Positions 37,822 to 48,181 of a DNA stretch of 64,000 nucleotides are shown here, piece after piece. The notes below the pieces were generated by a model that ran no database searches, was not told the DNA's origin, and worked only from the letters and a program-made list of their open reading frames with translations. The position numbers and the translations under genes are program-made. Each line of letters starts with the position of its first letter. The stretch's first letter is position 1. Origin of the DNA: Candidatus Thalassarchaeaceae archaeon (GTDB lineage: Archaea > Thermoplasmatota > Poseidoniia > Poseidoniales > Thalassarchaeaceae); NCBI GenBank assembly GCA_023268715.1, contig JALRLV010000002.1, positions 18,737 to 82,736 of the forward strand, written 5' to 3'.

Positions 37822-40800
37822 CTAACTCCAATAGCGCCTAGTCTTTGCATATTGCAGTTCTGCATTATGTATGGCACGAAGTAATGCGACTCGATTTCCA
37901 CGTGATAAACCTCTCAACAATCTAGTTGCAGTTTCTTCACCTACACCCCTTCCCATCAAAGCTAGAACGGCATCATGTCCGTGGGTTTGAATTAATTCGG
38001 CATTCTTCTGCATCCTTGCCCGTTCCTTTTGATCGTCGCTTGTTACCCATCCAGTTAGCATAGATTCCATGCGCTCTGGTGAGCAAGCCCGCATAGTGCC
38101 TCCACAATTTTTACATGGTTCGATACGCTGCCGCATACGCCCAACTCTGCTTCTAGACTTATCTTTGCAATTGAGGCAGATTAACACAGCTCTTTCTGCC
38201 ATTAGTCGAGTCTCCAATCGCTCTCGCAGTTGTACATCAGACCATGCAGGGAGAAGTAAGTCACGCTCAGATTTCGGCGATAGTCCGAGTGGCCCATTAG
38301 GGGTGTGGAAAACCTCTACCTTCCCTTGTTGGATATCTCTAATTAGATCCATTGTTCCCTCAATGTCCATCCTTTCATGGAATAATTTCGACAGGGCTTC
38401 CTCAACAACTGGGGTGCCCCGATATCTTTGCATCAGACCTTGCATATTGACTCGACGCGGGTCTGCTGCCTTTTGCAAAACACCCATTTTTCGAGCAACT
38501 TGTACCATCCTCCACCGTAATGCTCTGCCATTTGGAATAGTCATTCTGAGGATGGCTTCAAGTGCATCTGGGGAAGTTGTTGTCAACCATTCAATAACAT
38601 GAGCAGCAGTAGTTCCTGGGACTTGGAATGCGATTCTATACGGGTCGACCAGAGTGGTACCCATCCTTCCTTCCCGCATAGAACCCATTGCTTGGATAAA
38701 GTGCGCGAGAGTCTCGTTTATCCTACTGCCTCTGCAGGTATTCAATACCACAGCATTGTCTCTACTTTCGATAGTTAGGGTCGTATCCGTAGGCAAATTT
38801 TCCGTTGCATCTATGTGTTCTGCAACCGCGTTCAATAAGTCAGCTCTAGCGACTTCAGATAGAGGATAGTTTTCAAAATCGATATCTCCTTTCATCGCCT
38901 CCATTGCTCCAATTGCAGTAGCAGCACTTCTCCTCAATTTTCCAACTTCCATAGCAACTTCAATTGGCACAGGAGGTAATTCTCCAGCCCATACAGGTGC
39001 TTCTCCAGTGTCTTTCACAGGAGCAACCAACAATTCGCTTTGCTCTGGGTCAGCATCAACAATCATCCAAGTTCGGCCAGCCATGACGAATCTTCTCGGC
39101 CGCCCAGCATCGTCTTCACCTACATCGTTTAGAGATAGGACGAATGCTTCATCGACAGAACCCAAAACCCGCCTTGTAACAGCGTCACGAACCTTGTAGG
39201 CTATTTCGTCTGGAATCATTGAGATATGTTGAGTTCGATTTCTACCCAATTTCCCGGCGGGTGAAAACCAACCAGAACTGAGAGATTCCGGTAAGTGTTG
39301 AACCATTGCACGTCGCCAACGAGATTTCTGCGCCTCTTCGTGTTCTTCATCCCAAAGCGGTCTATCCTCCGGAACTAAATCTGCAGGCCTTGCATCCACA
39401 TTGGCTTTCTTTGCCAACCCCTGCCATAATTTCGGATGCCAAATTGTTGGATCTGATTGTCGTGGCTGTTCGATTAATCGTAGTAGCCACCTATCGTCTA
39501 AGACTCGAAGAACAGCTAATGTATCCTCTTCAGCCCACTGTGGAAAGATTGTCGATCGCTTGAGTAATTCAGTAGCCTGTTGTATTGGGACAACCCCTCT
39601 CTCTGATGCCATTTGTAGAAATTGATTTGCAGCGACAATAGCCGGATTATACCTCCATTCGACGCCCTCCAGTTCACCGGCCATAGCGCGTCTTGCGATT
39701 ACCGCACATTCTGCGATATCATCAATTTCCCATGCGAGGATATCGCCTCTTCCCGTTCCTCCCAAGTGATGCTCAGCTCGTCCAACACGTTGCAACATCC
39801 TGTCTACTGCTCTCGGACTGTTCAACTGGTGAACTCTTCGAATACTTCCGATATCGATTCCTAGTTCAAGACTAGATGTGCAAATTAATCCATGTAATTC
39901 GCCGGCTCGAAGAGCCTCTTCCATCTCTCGTCTAGTTTCGGCCGCTAGGCTTCCATGATGGACACCAACTTGGATTTCAGGAACGATCGAAGCCAACCTT
40001 TGTGCAACTGTTTCCGCAGTAGATCTAGAGTTTACGAAAACAAGCGAAGGCGAATCTTCAATCAGTGTATTTGCAAGATGACGAAATGCGGCAATCGACT
40101 TTGGAGAGATCGCCCATTCACCTGCTAATAGGTCATCTTCCGCTGTTGGAGTTTCTCGATGAACGGTAACTTTGGTAGTTCTTGGGGCCGGCCCAAAAAT
40201 TGGTTTTGCACCCGCAGACATCCAATTAGCGACCTCCTCAGGATTACCCACAGTCGCTGAAAGTCCTACTCTCTGGAATCGGCCGCTAGTTCCTTCCAAG
40301 GCAGCAATTCTCTCAAGTCCAATCAACAATTGTGCTCCTCTCTCGCTAGCGGCCAAATCGTGAACCTCATCCAAAATAACGGCCTTTACTCCTGCTAGAT
40401 GTTCTCTCAATCGACTTCCTAGCAACATAATCTGAGCAGTCTCAGGGGTTGTCACTAGCAAATTTGGAGGCTTCTTTGATTGCTTAGTCCTCTCTTTTTG
40501 ACTGGTGTCACCGTGCCGTAGTCCAACACTTATGCCAAGAGGTTCGAGCAAGTTAGCCAACCGCCTGTCAATATCTCGATTTAATGCTCTAAGCGGTGTA
40601 ATATAGAGTATTGATAGAGAATTCCAATCTTCTTTCAAGGCTCTCGAAGCAATTGGAAGAACAGCCGCTTCAGTTTTTCCACTACCCGTTGGCGCGACTA
40701 AAATTCGATCCTTCCCCTCGATCAAATCCGCGGTCGCGGCCTCTTGAACCGGAGTCAATTTCCAGCCTCGCTGCTCGACTAATTCCCGAACTTTCGGGTG

Positions 40801-40827
40801 TAGAAGTTCGAGTGCCTCGGCAGACAT
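37822..40827 (-). CDS. lhr: Lhr-family DEXH helicase
   Basis: PTGSGKT, ITPLRALNRD, RHGDT, DEVH, SAT, HHGSL, SSLELGIDIG, QRVGR; C-terminal CxxC...CxxC. Confidence 0.92.
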   Translation of the reverse strand: MSAEALELLHPKVRELVEQRGWKLTPVQEAATADLIEGKDRILVAPTGSGKTEAAVLPIASRALKEDWNSLSILYITPLRALNRDIDRRLANLLEPLGISVGLRHGDTSQKERTKQSKKPPNLLVTTPETAQIMLLGSRLREHLAGVKAVILDEVHDLAASERGAQLLIGLERIAALEGTSGRFQRVGLSATVGNPEEVANWMSAGAKPIFGPAPRTTKVTVHRETPTAEDDLLAGEWAISPKSIAAFRHLANTLIEDSPSLVFVNSRSTAETVAQRLASIVPEIQVGVHHGSLAAETRREMEEALRAGELHGLICTSSLELGIDIGSIRRVHQLNSPRAVDRMLQRVGRAEHHLGGTGRGDILAWEIDDIAECAVIARRAMAGELEGVEWRYNPAIVAANQFLQMASERGVVPIQQATELLKRSTIFPQWAEEDTLAVLRVLDDRWLLRLIEQPRQSDPTIWHPKLWQGLAKKANVDARPADLVPEDRPLWDEEHEEAQKSRWRRAMVQHLPESLSSGWFSPAGKLGRNRTQHISMIPDEIAYKVRDAVTRRVLGSVDEAFVLSLNDVGEDDAGRPRRFVMAGRTWMIVDADPEQSELLVAPVKDTGEAPVWAGELPPVPIEVAMEVGKLRRSAATAIGAMEAMKGDIDFENYPLSEVARADLLNAVAEHIDATENLPTDTTLTIESRDNAVVLNTCRGSRINETLAHFIQAMGSMREGRMGTTLVDPYRIAFQVPGTTAAHVIEWLTTTSPDALEAILRMTIPNGRALRWRMVQVARKMGVLQKAADPRRVNMQGLMQRYRGTPVVEEALSKLFHERMDIEGTMDLIRDIQQGKVEVFHTPNGPLGLSPKSERDLLLPAWSDVQLRERLETRLMAERAVLICLNCKDKSRSRVGRMRQRIEPCKNCGGTMRACSPERMESMLTGWVTSDDQKERARMQKNAELIQTHGHDAVLALMGRGVGEETATRLLRGLSRGNRVALLRAIHNAELQYAKTRRYWS

Positions 40828-40893
40828 CGAGCCTTTGGCATAGCCCGACCAACATGAACCGATTGGTTAGATTGAAAAATCTGGAATTCGAAA

Positions 40894-41949
40894 TCAGATT
40901 CCTGGATGAGGGGGTATTTCGTCGGACCAATGATCCATCTCATTGAGGGTGAGTGTAACATTGAGTATCTCTCCATTGCTCCAATAATCAACAGCGATGA
41001 AGGTTGGTCTATCGTCAAAAACTTCCCAACATTCTATGGCTCTGGTCAAGAGGAAATCGTAATCATTTACGTCAGATGATCTTACTGGATCAGCAAACCC
41101 CCAAGGTGTGCTTAGCCAGTTGTTTAGATGCCAAGCTTCTGCTTCACCGCTTCCTCTTCCGACCGTACATGACATCTGACTTTCTTCGTCCTCTCCATAT
41201 GGCGTGTCCCAAGAATGAGTCCAAGCATGATGTAACCACGGCCATCTCTCATCATCGGAATAATCCCAGAAGACGACCAATGTTTTTCCATTCAGAACCA
41301 GATCACCAAGCATTGGCCATTCTTCTCCGACTTGATGGACCCAAGTTTTGTCTCTCATTCCGGTGACATTGAACAGATAATCTACATGTTCGCCGGGAAC
41401 ATAGTTTTCGATTAGTAGGGTAACAACATCACCCGAACTATTGTTCATCAGCGAGTTTAGGTGACTCAACCACGCAAAGGCATCTACTTCTGAATACATG
41501 CAAGGATGAGGAAACGCATCTGGACTGCCATGACAAAATCGCACATCTTCTTTTTCTGTATCATCATTGGTCAAATGATGAATGTCAATCATGAAGGCAC
41601 GGATGCCTCCATCCCATTGTGCTTGTAAAGCCGTGTAGTGATTTATTGCCATCCAAGTTCCATCCTCTGTTGTGGAAAATGAATTATGGGTTTCTGGGAA
41701 GGTATGATTGTCGTATTGTCGTTCACAGAATTTTGCCTGACCTTGACAAATTAGCACATCTGAGGCATTTCTAGGGTCAAAACCACGCGCTAATTCCCAG
41801 CCGTTTGAAAGCCCGTCTCCGTCCTCATCCTGCAGAGGGTCGAGGGGCTTTTCAGTCTCTGAAGTGCATCCCGAGAGAAATAGGCTGAATGCGATCAACA
41901 AGGCACCCAAAGAGCGATTCATGGATTCACGAGGCTCGGTTTCAAACAT
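40894..41949 (-). CDS. Lipoprotein with PLC-like (PI-PLC X-type) phosphodiesterase domain
   Basis: Lipobox FLSGC; DEDGDGLSNGWE; HNSF, GIRAFMIDIH, FCHG, DVVTLLIENY, PTFIAVDYW; alternative start 41922. Confidence 0.78.
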   Translation of the reverse strand: MFETEPRESMNRSLGALLIAFSLFLSGCTSETEKPLDPLQDEDGDGLSNGWELARGFDPRNASDVLICQGQAKFCERQYDNHTFPETHNSFSTTEDGTWMAINHYTALQAQWDGGIRAFMIDIHHLTNDDTEKEDVRFCHGSPDAFPHPCMYSEVDAFAWLSHLNSLMNNSSGDVVTLLIENYVPGEHVDYLFNVTGMRDKTWVHQVGEEWPMLGDLVLNGKTLVVFWDYSDDERWPWLHHAWTHSWDTPYGEDEESQMSCTVGRGSGEAEAWHLNNWLSTPWGFADPVRSSDVNDYDFLLTRAIECWEVFDDRPTFIAVDYWSNGEILNVTLTLNEMDHWSDEIPPHPGI

Positions 41950-41987
41950 GAATCCATTGGAACGTCAGGCGATAAGGGAGATAATCC

Positions 41988-42929
41988 ATGAGCGTGACCC
42001 ATATGGTGATGGCAGGTCCTTTCAAGCGACTGAGCAACACCTTTCGAAGATGGTGGATGGGTCAAAAGGACAACCATTTCAGAATAGTTTCATCTCTTAC
42101 AATACTGTCTCTTGCAGCAACAATTTGGGGTCTACTTTTCTTGTTTGTTCTAGGTGGTACAACAGACGACTCAAAGGAAATGTGGGTGCCGTGGAGTTGG
42201 CTTGGTTTAATCGTTGGAGGAACTCTAGCCTTCTGGATAGTGCCGGAATTTTTTGTATATCTAGGTCACAAGGCGGCACTCGACGAAATACTCCTACTTG
42301 ATTCACGTCCTGAGGTTCTCCGACGGCGCAAGGAAGCCGAGGAAGCCGCTGACATGCTCGGTCCAGTATACCAATCCCATCTTGTGAGGCTTTACAATGA
42401 ATTGGGGATTAAAGTCGGTTCCAGATTTAGACACATTAAACCAGCAGGAGCAAGATCAATAGAATCCATGACTGAGATCACCGAAGTTTCCGTGGAAAGA
42501 GTATCTGAGCCTTGGGATAAAATTTCTTTAGAATCAAATACATACGATTCTTCCACACATTCTAACACTTGGTGGAATACCACAAACTCTCGATTGTCGA
42601 CATTGCTTCCTGGGGCCAAGATTTTGCGGGATAGAGGTGCCAACCGTACAATTCTAGGTTTAACATCAATTTGTGCCGCCCTGTTACTTTACAACATGAT
42701 TTTTGGCCTCGCTAAGCGGGGAGGTGGCCCCAGGGAATTCACCGTTGATCTAACCCTATGGCTTGCTGGAGATTCTTCGATTCACTCAACCGCTCCCCAT
42801 TTTGATGGAGTTAGTCTTCTCCTCGCCACAGCCTCTTTGACCATGGTGTTTTTGACTAGACCTGCTAATCTGGAAGACTCATCTGATAATGGAAGTAGCA
42901 AGGCTTCGACTCGAATCGAGGAGGAGTGA
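41988..42929 (+). CDS. Membrane protein (possibly DUF3198-like), coupled to signal peptidase
   Basis: About 4 TM segments; helical segment after TM2; GTGA overlap with the next gene. Confidence 0.6.
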   Translation: MSVTHMVMAGPFKRLSNTFRRWWMGQKDNHFRIVSSLTILSLAATIWGLLFLFVLGGTTDDSKEMWVPWSWLGLIVGGTLAFWIVPEFFVYLGHKAALDEILLLDSRPEVLRRRKEAEEAADMLGPVYQSHLVRLYNELGIKVGSRFRHIKPAGARSIESMTEITEVSVERVSEPWDKISLESNTYDSSTHSNTWWNTTNSRLSTLLPGAKILRDRGANRTILGLTSICAALLLYNMIFGLAKRGGGPREFTVDLTLWLAGDSSIHSTAPHFDGVSLLLATASLTMVFLTRPANLEDSSDNGSSKASTRIEEE

Positions 42930-43729
42930 TTGTGGATATTCAAGTGCTCAAGCGAGAGGCAAGTCTTGCAATAGGATTGGTCATACTTCTATTGGGCTCG
43001 ATGACTATTGCAACAGGCACTTATCCACCTATGGTCGTGGTCGAATCTGGTTCGATGATGCATGATCCCGAGCAAGGTTCTGTTGGAGCGATAGACCCCG
43101 GCGACTTAGTCCTAGTAATCTCTCCTGACCGCCACCAAATTATCACCTTTGCAGAGGCTACAGAAATTGGCGGTAAAAATGAGGGTTACGAAACTCATGG
43201 AATGCCCGGTGACGTGATTATCTTCAGGAAGAATGGTGGAAGTGATACTCCCGTAATCCATCGTGCTTTATTCAAAGTTGTGGAAAACCCTGACGGAGGT
43301 TGGGACGTACCTGGAACAGATATTGTAGCCGCAGAAACAATTACCGTGGAATTAGATTACGATTGCTACCATGGTAATTCAAAACTAACTGTTAGTAATT
43401 GGGTTCCTCAACATGAGGGCTACTTTACCACAGGAGATAATCGATGGAGCAACGGCTGCCAATACGATCAACAATCACTAACTGATGAAAATGGTAACTT
43501 GGTTACCGCGATCAAGGATGAGTGGATTATTGGTGTCGCTTCATTGGAAATTCCTTGGGTAGGTGCTGTCAAGCTCTATGCCAGTGGAACAGATGGTCAA
43601 GTAACTCCCAATTCTTGGAGCAACCTGGCGATTATGGTCGCTATAGTAATCGCCACCCCGGTAATCATTGAGATGATTACTGATCGAATAAATAGCAAGA
43701 ATCAATCTCAATCAGATGAGGAAGAATAG
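42926..43729 (+). CDS. Signal peptidase I (S26, archaeal/ER type)
   Basis: VVESGSM (Ser), GDVIIF, PVIHR (His), TTGDN. Confidence 0.9.
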   Translation: MIVDIQVLKREASLAIGLVILLLGSMTIATGTYPPMVVVESGSMMHDPEQGSVGAIDPGDLVLVISPDRHQIITFAEATEIGGKNEGYETHGMPGDVIIFRKNGGSDTPVIHRALFKVVENPDGGWDVPGTDIVAAETITVELDYDCYHGNSKLTVSNWVPQHEGYFTTGDNRWSNGCQYDQQSLTDENGNLVTAIKDEWIIGVASLEIPWVGAVKLYASGTDGQVTPNSWSNLAIMVAIVIATPVIIEMITDRINSKNQSQSDEEE

Positions 43730-43738
43730 CCCGTTCTC

Positions 43739-45250
43739 TCAACTTACCAATCGAGGTAAAATAATTGGGATAATTACAATGAATAACACTAGAAGGCTAC
43801 TCATCGAACTCAACCTGTTTGCCGCATTCTCAATTCGGATTGGATCTCCACCTCGCATAATGAATCGCATGGTAGAATGCGTGGCGTCTCTGAATATGTG
43901 ACCGCCATCGAATGGAATCATTGGGATTAGATTGGCGAATCCTAGAAGGAAGTTAATCCAAGCCAGCCAGAAAAGGAAATCGAAAGCCGCCAACATGCCT
44001 TCAGTTCCGATGTTTGAGGCAATTATCCCATCTCCGGCAGCCAACATTGCCCGTTCTTCTAGAGGCATTGTGTGACCATCATTTTGGATAGGTATCCCTA
44101 ACAAAATCAAAGGCGACACCATCAAAATCAATCCTTTCTGAAGTCCACTTAAATCATCATCTGCTAAGAAGCTCCAACCATCCACTGCTGCTGTGTTTGA
44201 GCGGAGATTACTGACTCCAAGAAAAGCGTCGCCTTGTTCAATTCCTTGTGCCTCCATTAACATTCTAGTTTCCTCCATGTCACAACCGGTAGTTTGTTCA
44301 CATTGATTCATATGATACTGCCAGCGATCTGTGAAAGTGATTTCGATTACCCTTGTTTCTGCATCACTTGCTTGAGAAGAAATGACCGTGAAATTGGCAA
44401 CTTCCTCTGATGAATAATCTTTCATTGCTTCAGTAAAATCGTCACGATTAGCCACTACATTATCATCGATATGAGTAATGGTTTCGTACGCCATTAACCC
44501 AGCTTCCTGAGCCCCAGTTTCGGCAATAATCCCAGTTGCGTGAACTCCTGGATTTTTTGCGACAAATCCATTCGCTGTGGCGGATAACAAAACTAGGACG
44601 ATAAATGTGGCAATCAGATTAATTGAAGGTCCAGCAGCGAACAATCGCATTCTTTCTCTTCTGGGTGCGCGAGACATTTCCTCATATTCAGGCTCAGCAA
44701 ATGCTCCAACCGGAAGTAAACCAGCCAGGAGAAGTCCGAATGATCGAACTTGCATACCGTGTGCCCTAGCCTGTATTCCGTGACTATATTCGTGAATAAC
44801 CAAGGCAATAATCAGAGCAATAATTGGCCACCAAAATGGAACAAAACTAGTCACACCCGGAATAAGGAGAAGATCGGATGCGGGTAAGACCTCTTGTTGT
44901 GCAGGAGCCGCAGCGGTCGCCAATGCGGCAGTTATTATCAATAGGATTACACCAAACATTACGATAAAACATAACCAAATAGACAATTCTCCGTACGCTC
45001 TCCAAAATTTCCGCGGTTTAGATATCTGTTCAAGAGCTAACTTACCTCTACCAGTTCTTACCATTAGGATGATTCCGAGAACTCTGGTTGCATTCCATTT
45101 GTCCAGTGTTCCTTTCTGTTCTAGATAGACCAAAGCGAAGTACCAACCCCCAATCAATACTAGAGCCCAAATTGGAGCCCAGCCTCTAACTCCAGCCCAA
45201 GCCAGCAATCCGACAAAGAGAATCTGATTCAGGCTCAGCCCTCTTTCCAT
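43739..45250 (-). CDS. Site-2 protease (M50) with PDZ-like insert
   Basis: HEYSH, GAFAEP, AAGP, NLIPMIPFDGG. Confidence 0.93.
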   Translation of the reverse strand: MERGLSLNQILFVGLLAWAGVRGWAPIWALVLIGGWYFALVYLEQKGTLDKWNATRVLGIILMVRTGRGKLALEQISKPRKFWRAYGELSIWLCFIVMFGVILLIITAALATAAAPAQQEVLPASDLLLIPGVTSFVPFWWPIIALIIALVIHEYSHGIQARAHGMQVRSFGLLLAGLLPVGAFAEPEYEEMSRAPRRERMRLFAAGPSINLIATFIVLVLLSATANGFVAKNPGVHATGIIAETGAQEAGLMAYETITHIDDNVVANRDDFTEAMKDYSSEEVANFTVISSQASDAETRVIEITFTDRWQYHMNQCEQTTGCDMEETRMLMEAQGIEQGDAFLGVSNLRSNTAAVDGWSFLADDDLSGLQKGLILMVSPLILLGIPIQNDGHTMPLEERAMLAAGDGIIASNIGTEGMLAAFDFLFWLAWINFLLGFANLIPMIPFDGGHIFRDATHSTMRFIMRGGDPIRIENAANRLSSMSSLLVLFIVIIPIILPRLVS

Positions 45251-45314
45251 GACTATTCGCCTTAACTGCTCCCACTTGAATACTCGTCAATGAATCCGCA
45301 ACTGACTTGACCTG

Positions 45315-45527
45315 ATGGCTACTCGGGAAAACATGGCTGAGCGGGGGGATATTCCCGAACGCAAACAATATCGAGAATTAGATAGCCTACGTCGTGACAC
45401 AGCCGCAGTTGCTAGATTACTAAGGCAGGCTAAGTTGGATGAACTCCATCAGGAACTCGAACAGGCCAAGGCGCAACTCGATTATGCTGAATCGAGACTA
45501 TCGAGTGATTCCACAGAGAGCGAATAA
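45315..45527 (+). CDS. Small coiled-coil hypothetical protein
   Basis: 70-aa helical E/R/L-rich ORF; 3' end overlaps the Hjc-like gene by 46 nt. Confidence 0.5.
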   Translation: MATRENMAERGDIPERKQYRELDSLRRDTAAVARLLRQAKLDELHQELEQAKAQLDYAESRLSSDSTESE

Positions 45528-46141
45528 TCACCTGAAGGACTGGTCTCAGAAAGACTACCGCTATCCTGTATTCTCCGGCTAATTTCCTCGAAGTTGGTAG
45601 ATTTCTCGATAGCCCTTGCACCATCTGATCGACTGATTAATGCTAGAAACCTGTGTAATGGCATACCATCGTGCCAATTCAGGTATGGAGAACCATTTCT
45701 CGTAAGTGGAACATTCGGAATGCTTCGCGATAGTACTCGAAGCTTTCCGGTTAATCCTTCTACTGGTACTTTCATCACTCTCCAACTGTCACCTCTAACG
45801 CCTTTGAGCCGGAAGGCATACAGCGGTAGAAGACCGCATGTTTCTCCAGTTGTCTTCAAAGCATCGTACTGGTCTTTGGTACGACCAGAAAGGTAGATTT
45901 TGTCAGTTTTCGAGGTTTTTACTTCAATCGGCATGCACATATCGCCTCGAAGAGCAAGAATATCTCCAGTTCCTTCCGAACCACTTCCAGGTGCTCTTAC
46001 GACCAAGAATGGTCTTTGACAGACCTGCATAGCCCGTGCCCGCTCAACTTCTGTACATGACCGAGTAATCGCGACTACACCCTTTCTCTCGCCCGCGAGC
46101 ACCGAGCGTAATTCCCGCTCGTAGACCCCAGTCATGTGCAT
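45482..46141 (-). CDS. hjc: Hjc-like Holliday junction resolvase (PD-(D/E)xK)
   Basis: YEREL, VVRAPGSG, GDILAL, IEVK. Confidence 0.78.
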   Translation of the reverse strand: MHMTGVYERELRSVLAGERKGVVAITRSCTEVERARAMQVCQRPFLVVRAPGSGSEGTGDILALRGDMCMPIEVKTSKTDKIYLSGRTKDQYDALKTTGETCGLLPLYAFRLKGVRGDSWRVMKVPVEGLTGKLRVLSRSIPNVPLTRNGSPYLNWHDGMPLHRFLALISRSDGARAIEKSTNFEEISRRIQDSGSLSETSPSGDYSLSVESLDSLDSA

Positions 46142-46268
46142 AGCGCATTGTCAGGGTTCTTGACGACATCGCTTGAGACCGCCGGGGAGTATAACGTTTT
46201 GAGGTATTCAAGATAATTCGGTGAATATTTTCTAAATGTAGGAAAATTGTAGGATTAGTGACCTACGA

Positions 46269-47060
46269 ATGGCAACGATTGAAGACAGAGTGCGATTGTG
46301 TCTTATCGTGCCGGAGGTTGCAGTCCGTACGGATGATTTCCGTTTGGCCTACAGATTGTTAGATCGTTTGAGAGATTCTGGTATCAAACATATGCAACTC
46401 GAACCTGAACATCCCGTTCCAAATCGTGTTGATTTCTGGATAGCATCGCATGCCGAAGTTGGGGGCACTAAAGATGCAAGAGGAATTGGATGTGCAGTAG
46501 AAGAAATCGATTCAGTAATTTCTTCGATAATGAATAGAATTGCAGTAGGCGAAAAGGTCCAACGCATATGTTTCGGCATCGATCCCGGTCCACGTCCTGG
46601 GCTCTCTTGGATTGCTGATGGTCGTCCAGCGGGCTCTATTCAAATGGAATCAGTCGATGCTACTGTCGATCAAGTGATTGCTATTCTGAATGATTTCATG
46701 CCACCTGAATCCGTAGTTAGAATTGGTAATGGTTCACCTACGATATCTTCTAGAATTGCTAATGTTTGTTTGGCGAGGGGGCTTTCGGTACAATTTGTTG
46801 ACGAAACTTCGACTTCCTCAGGCTCGCGTCACGACCATGTTTCGGCAGCCCGAGCAATTTGTACAAAGGAAGGAGTTCCAATTACTGAACGTCTACAGGT
46901 AATCCCAACAGAGGGAGAAGTACGCGAAATTCAGCGTCGAAGTCGTAGCATCTCTGAAGGTAGATTGACGATTCCCTCCCAACTTGCTCGAGCCGTTGCT
47001 GTTGGGAGGCTAACTCTCAGCGAAGCTGTAGAACTTCACATACAGACTCTCGAACGCTGA
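46269..47060 (+). CDS. RNase H-fold YqgF/RuvC-like nuclease with C-terminal extension
   Basis: GIDPG, VRIGNG, VDETSTS, DHVSAARAI. Confidence 0.65.
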   Translation: MATIEDRVRLCLIVPEVAVRTDDFRLAYRLLDRLRDSGIKHMQLEPEHPVPNRVDFWIASHAEVGGTKDARGIGCAVEEIDSVISSIMNRIAVGEKVQRICFGIDPGPRPGLSWIADGRPAGSIQMESVDATVDQVIAILNDFMPPESVVRIGNGSPTISSRIANVCLARGLSVQFVDETSTSSGSRHDHVSAARAICTKEGVPITERLQVIPTEGEVREIQRRSRSISEGRLTIPSQLARAVAVGRLTLSEAVELHIQTLER

Positions 47061-47069
47061 GGGTCAAAA

Positions 47070-47711
47070 TCAAGGATATTTTCCTTTTCTATATGCACGA
47101 GTCTGGTCAAGGCCTGGAAATCGATCTTCCGATTCTCGATATACGGTTTTCATATTATTGAGGAAGTTATTATCGTCGGTAACGATTAGCACTTGGTCGA
47201 CACCTGGGTCTTCCCCTTCATCCATCCATGCTAGTACTATTTCCATAGTCATCCTAGCTCCTTCGCGATGTGGATATGCGAAGACGTCCATACTAATTGG
47301 AGGCATAACTAGTGTCTTCCTTTTCTTCACCTTTTCAATCTGCTCAAACATCGATACGTATGATTGCTTCAACAAATCTCGTCTAAAATTATCTTGAGTT
47401 GGGCGGCGGCAATCTGGTCCAACAACATGGACTATATTCTCAAATGGCAAATTAAATCCAGGTGAAGTTACTGCTTCTCCAACTCCGCATGGTTGCAAAT
47501 TTTCCTTTCGCCTTTCCACTGCGATTCCATGACAGAACTCTCGAAGTTCAGGCCCAGCCTTTTGCTGTATCTTTTCATCCAAACCTTCTCTTCCCGCGAG
47601 GCGATTATTGGCGGTTGTAACTATAAGATCCCCTTCTACTCGTAGAATGTTACCATACAGGACTCGGACATCACCATATTGGCATTGTCGGACAATGACA
47701 GTCTCCGCCAT
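47070..47711 (-). CDS. Macro domain protein (MacroD/YmdB-like, divergent)
   Basis: GNIL, IVTTAN, AGPEL, GEAVTSPGFNLP, IVHVVGP, ISMDVFAYP. Confidence 0.85.
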   Translation of the reverse strand: MAETVIVRQCQYGDVRVLYGNILRVEGDLIVTTANNRLAGREGLDEKIQQKAGPELREFCHGIAVERRKENLQPCGVGEAVTSPGFNLPFENIVHVVGPDCRRPTQDNFRRDLLKQSYVSMFEQIEKVKKRKTLVMPPISMDVFAYPHREGARMTMEIVLAWMDEGEDPGVDQVLIVTDDNNFLNNMKTVYRESEDRFPGLDQTRAYRKGKYP

Positions 47712-47817
47712 ACAAGTGTGAGATGAGGCCGTCCGCTTTCACCTCTTCGTCTGCCAATTCCCTAATTTCCCTACCGACAAAGGGTTCATTCCCTCTAAGC
47801 CCTTGCATCAAAACACA

Positions 47818-48051
47818 ATGTCAGTCGGGTATGTACTAATCAATGTCGAACCAGGTTCCGAATACGAGGTTTTCAATAAGGCCTCGGAATTACCTTTTGT
47901 GGTTGATGCCAATCTATTATTCGGAGACCACGATTTAATCCTCAAAATAGAGGCAGAAAATATGGGTTTAATTGCACGATTGGTAGTAGAAAACATACGC
48001 TCAATTGACGGTGTTCTAAACACAAAGACCCTTGCTTGTGCAGAATTGTGA
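47818..48051 (+). CDS. Stand-alone Lrp/AsnC ligand-binding (RAM) domain protein
   Basis: GYVLINVEPG, FGDHDLILKIE, IRSIDGVLNTKT. Confidence 0.88.
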   Translation: MSVGYVLINVEPGSEYEVFNKASELPFVVDANLLFGDHDLILKIEAENMGLIARLVVENIRSIDGVLNTKTLACAEL

Positions 48052-48181
48052 GTTATTTTTTCGTACAAGAAAGCATCCTGAATTTACCCAAAAGGTGCCC
48101 ACTGCCGCGCAGTAATGCGATTATTCGCCTCAAACTTCATAATCTCCCCGAGTCGCCGCGTTTGCGGAGGTGGATAATTCA

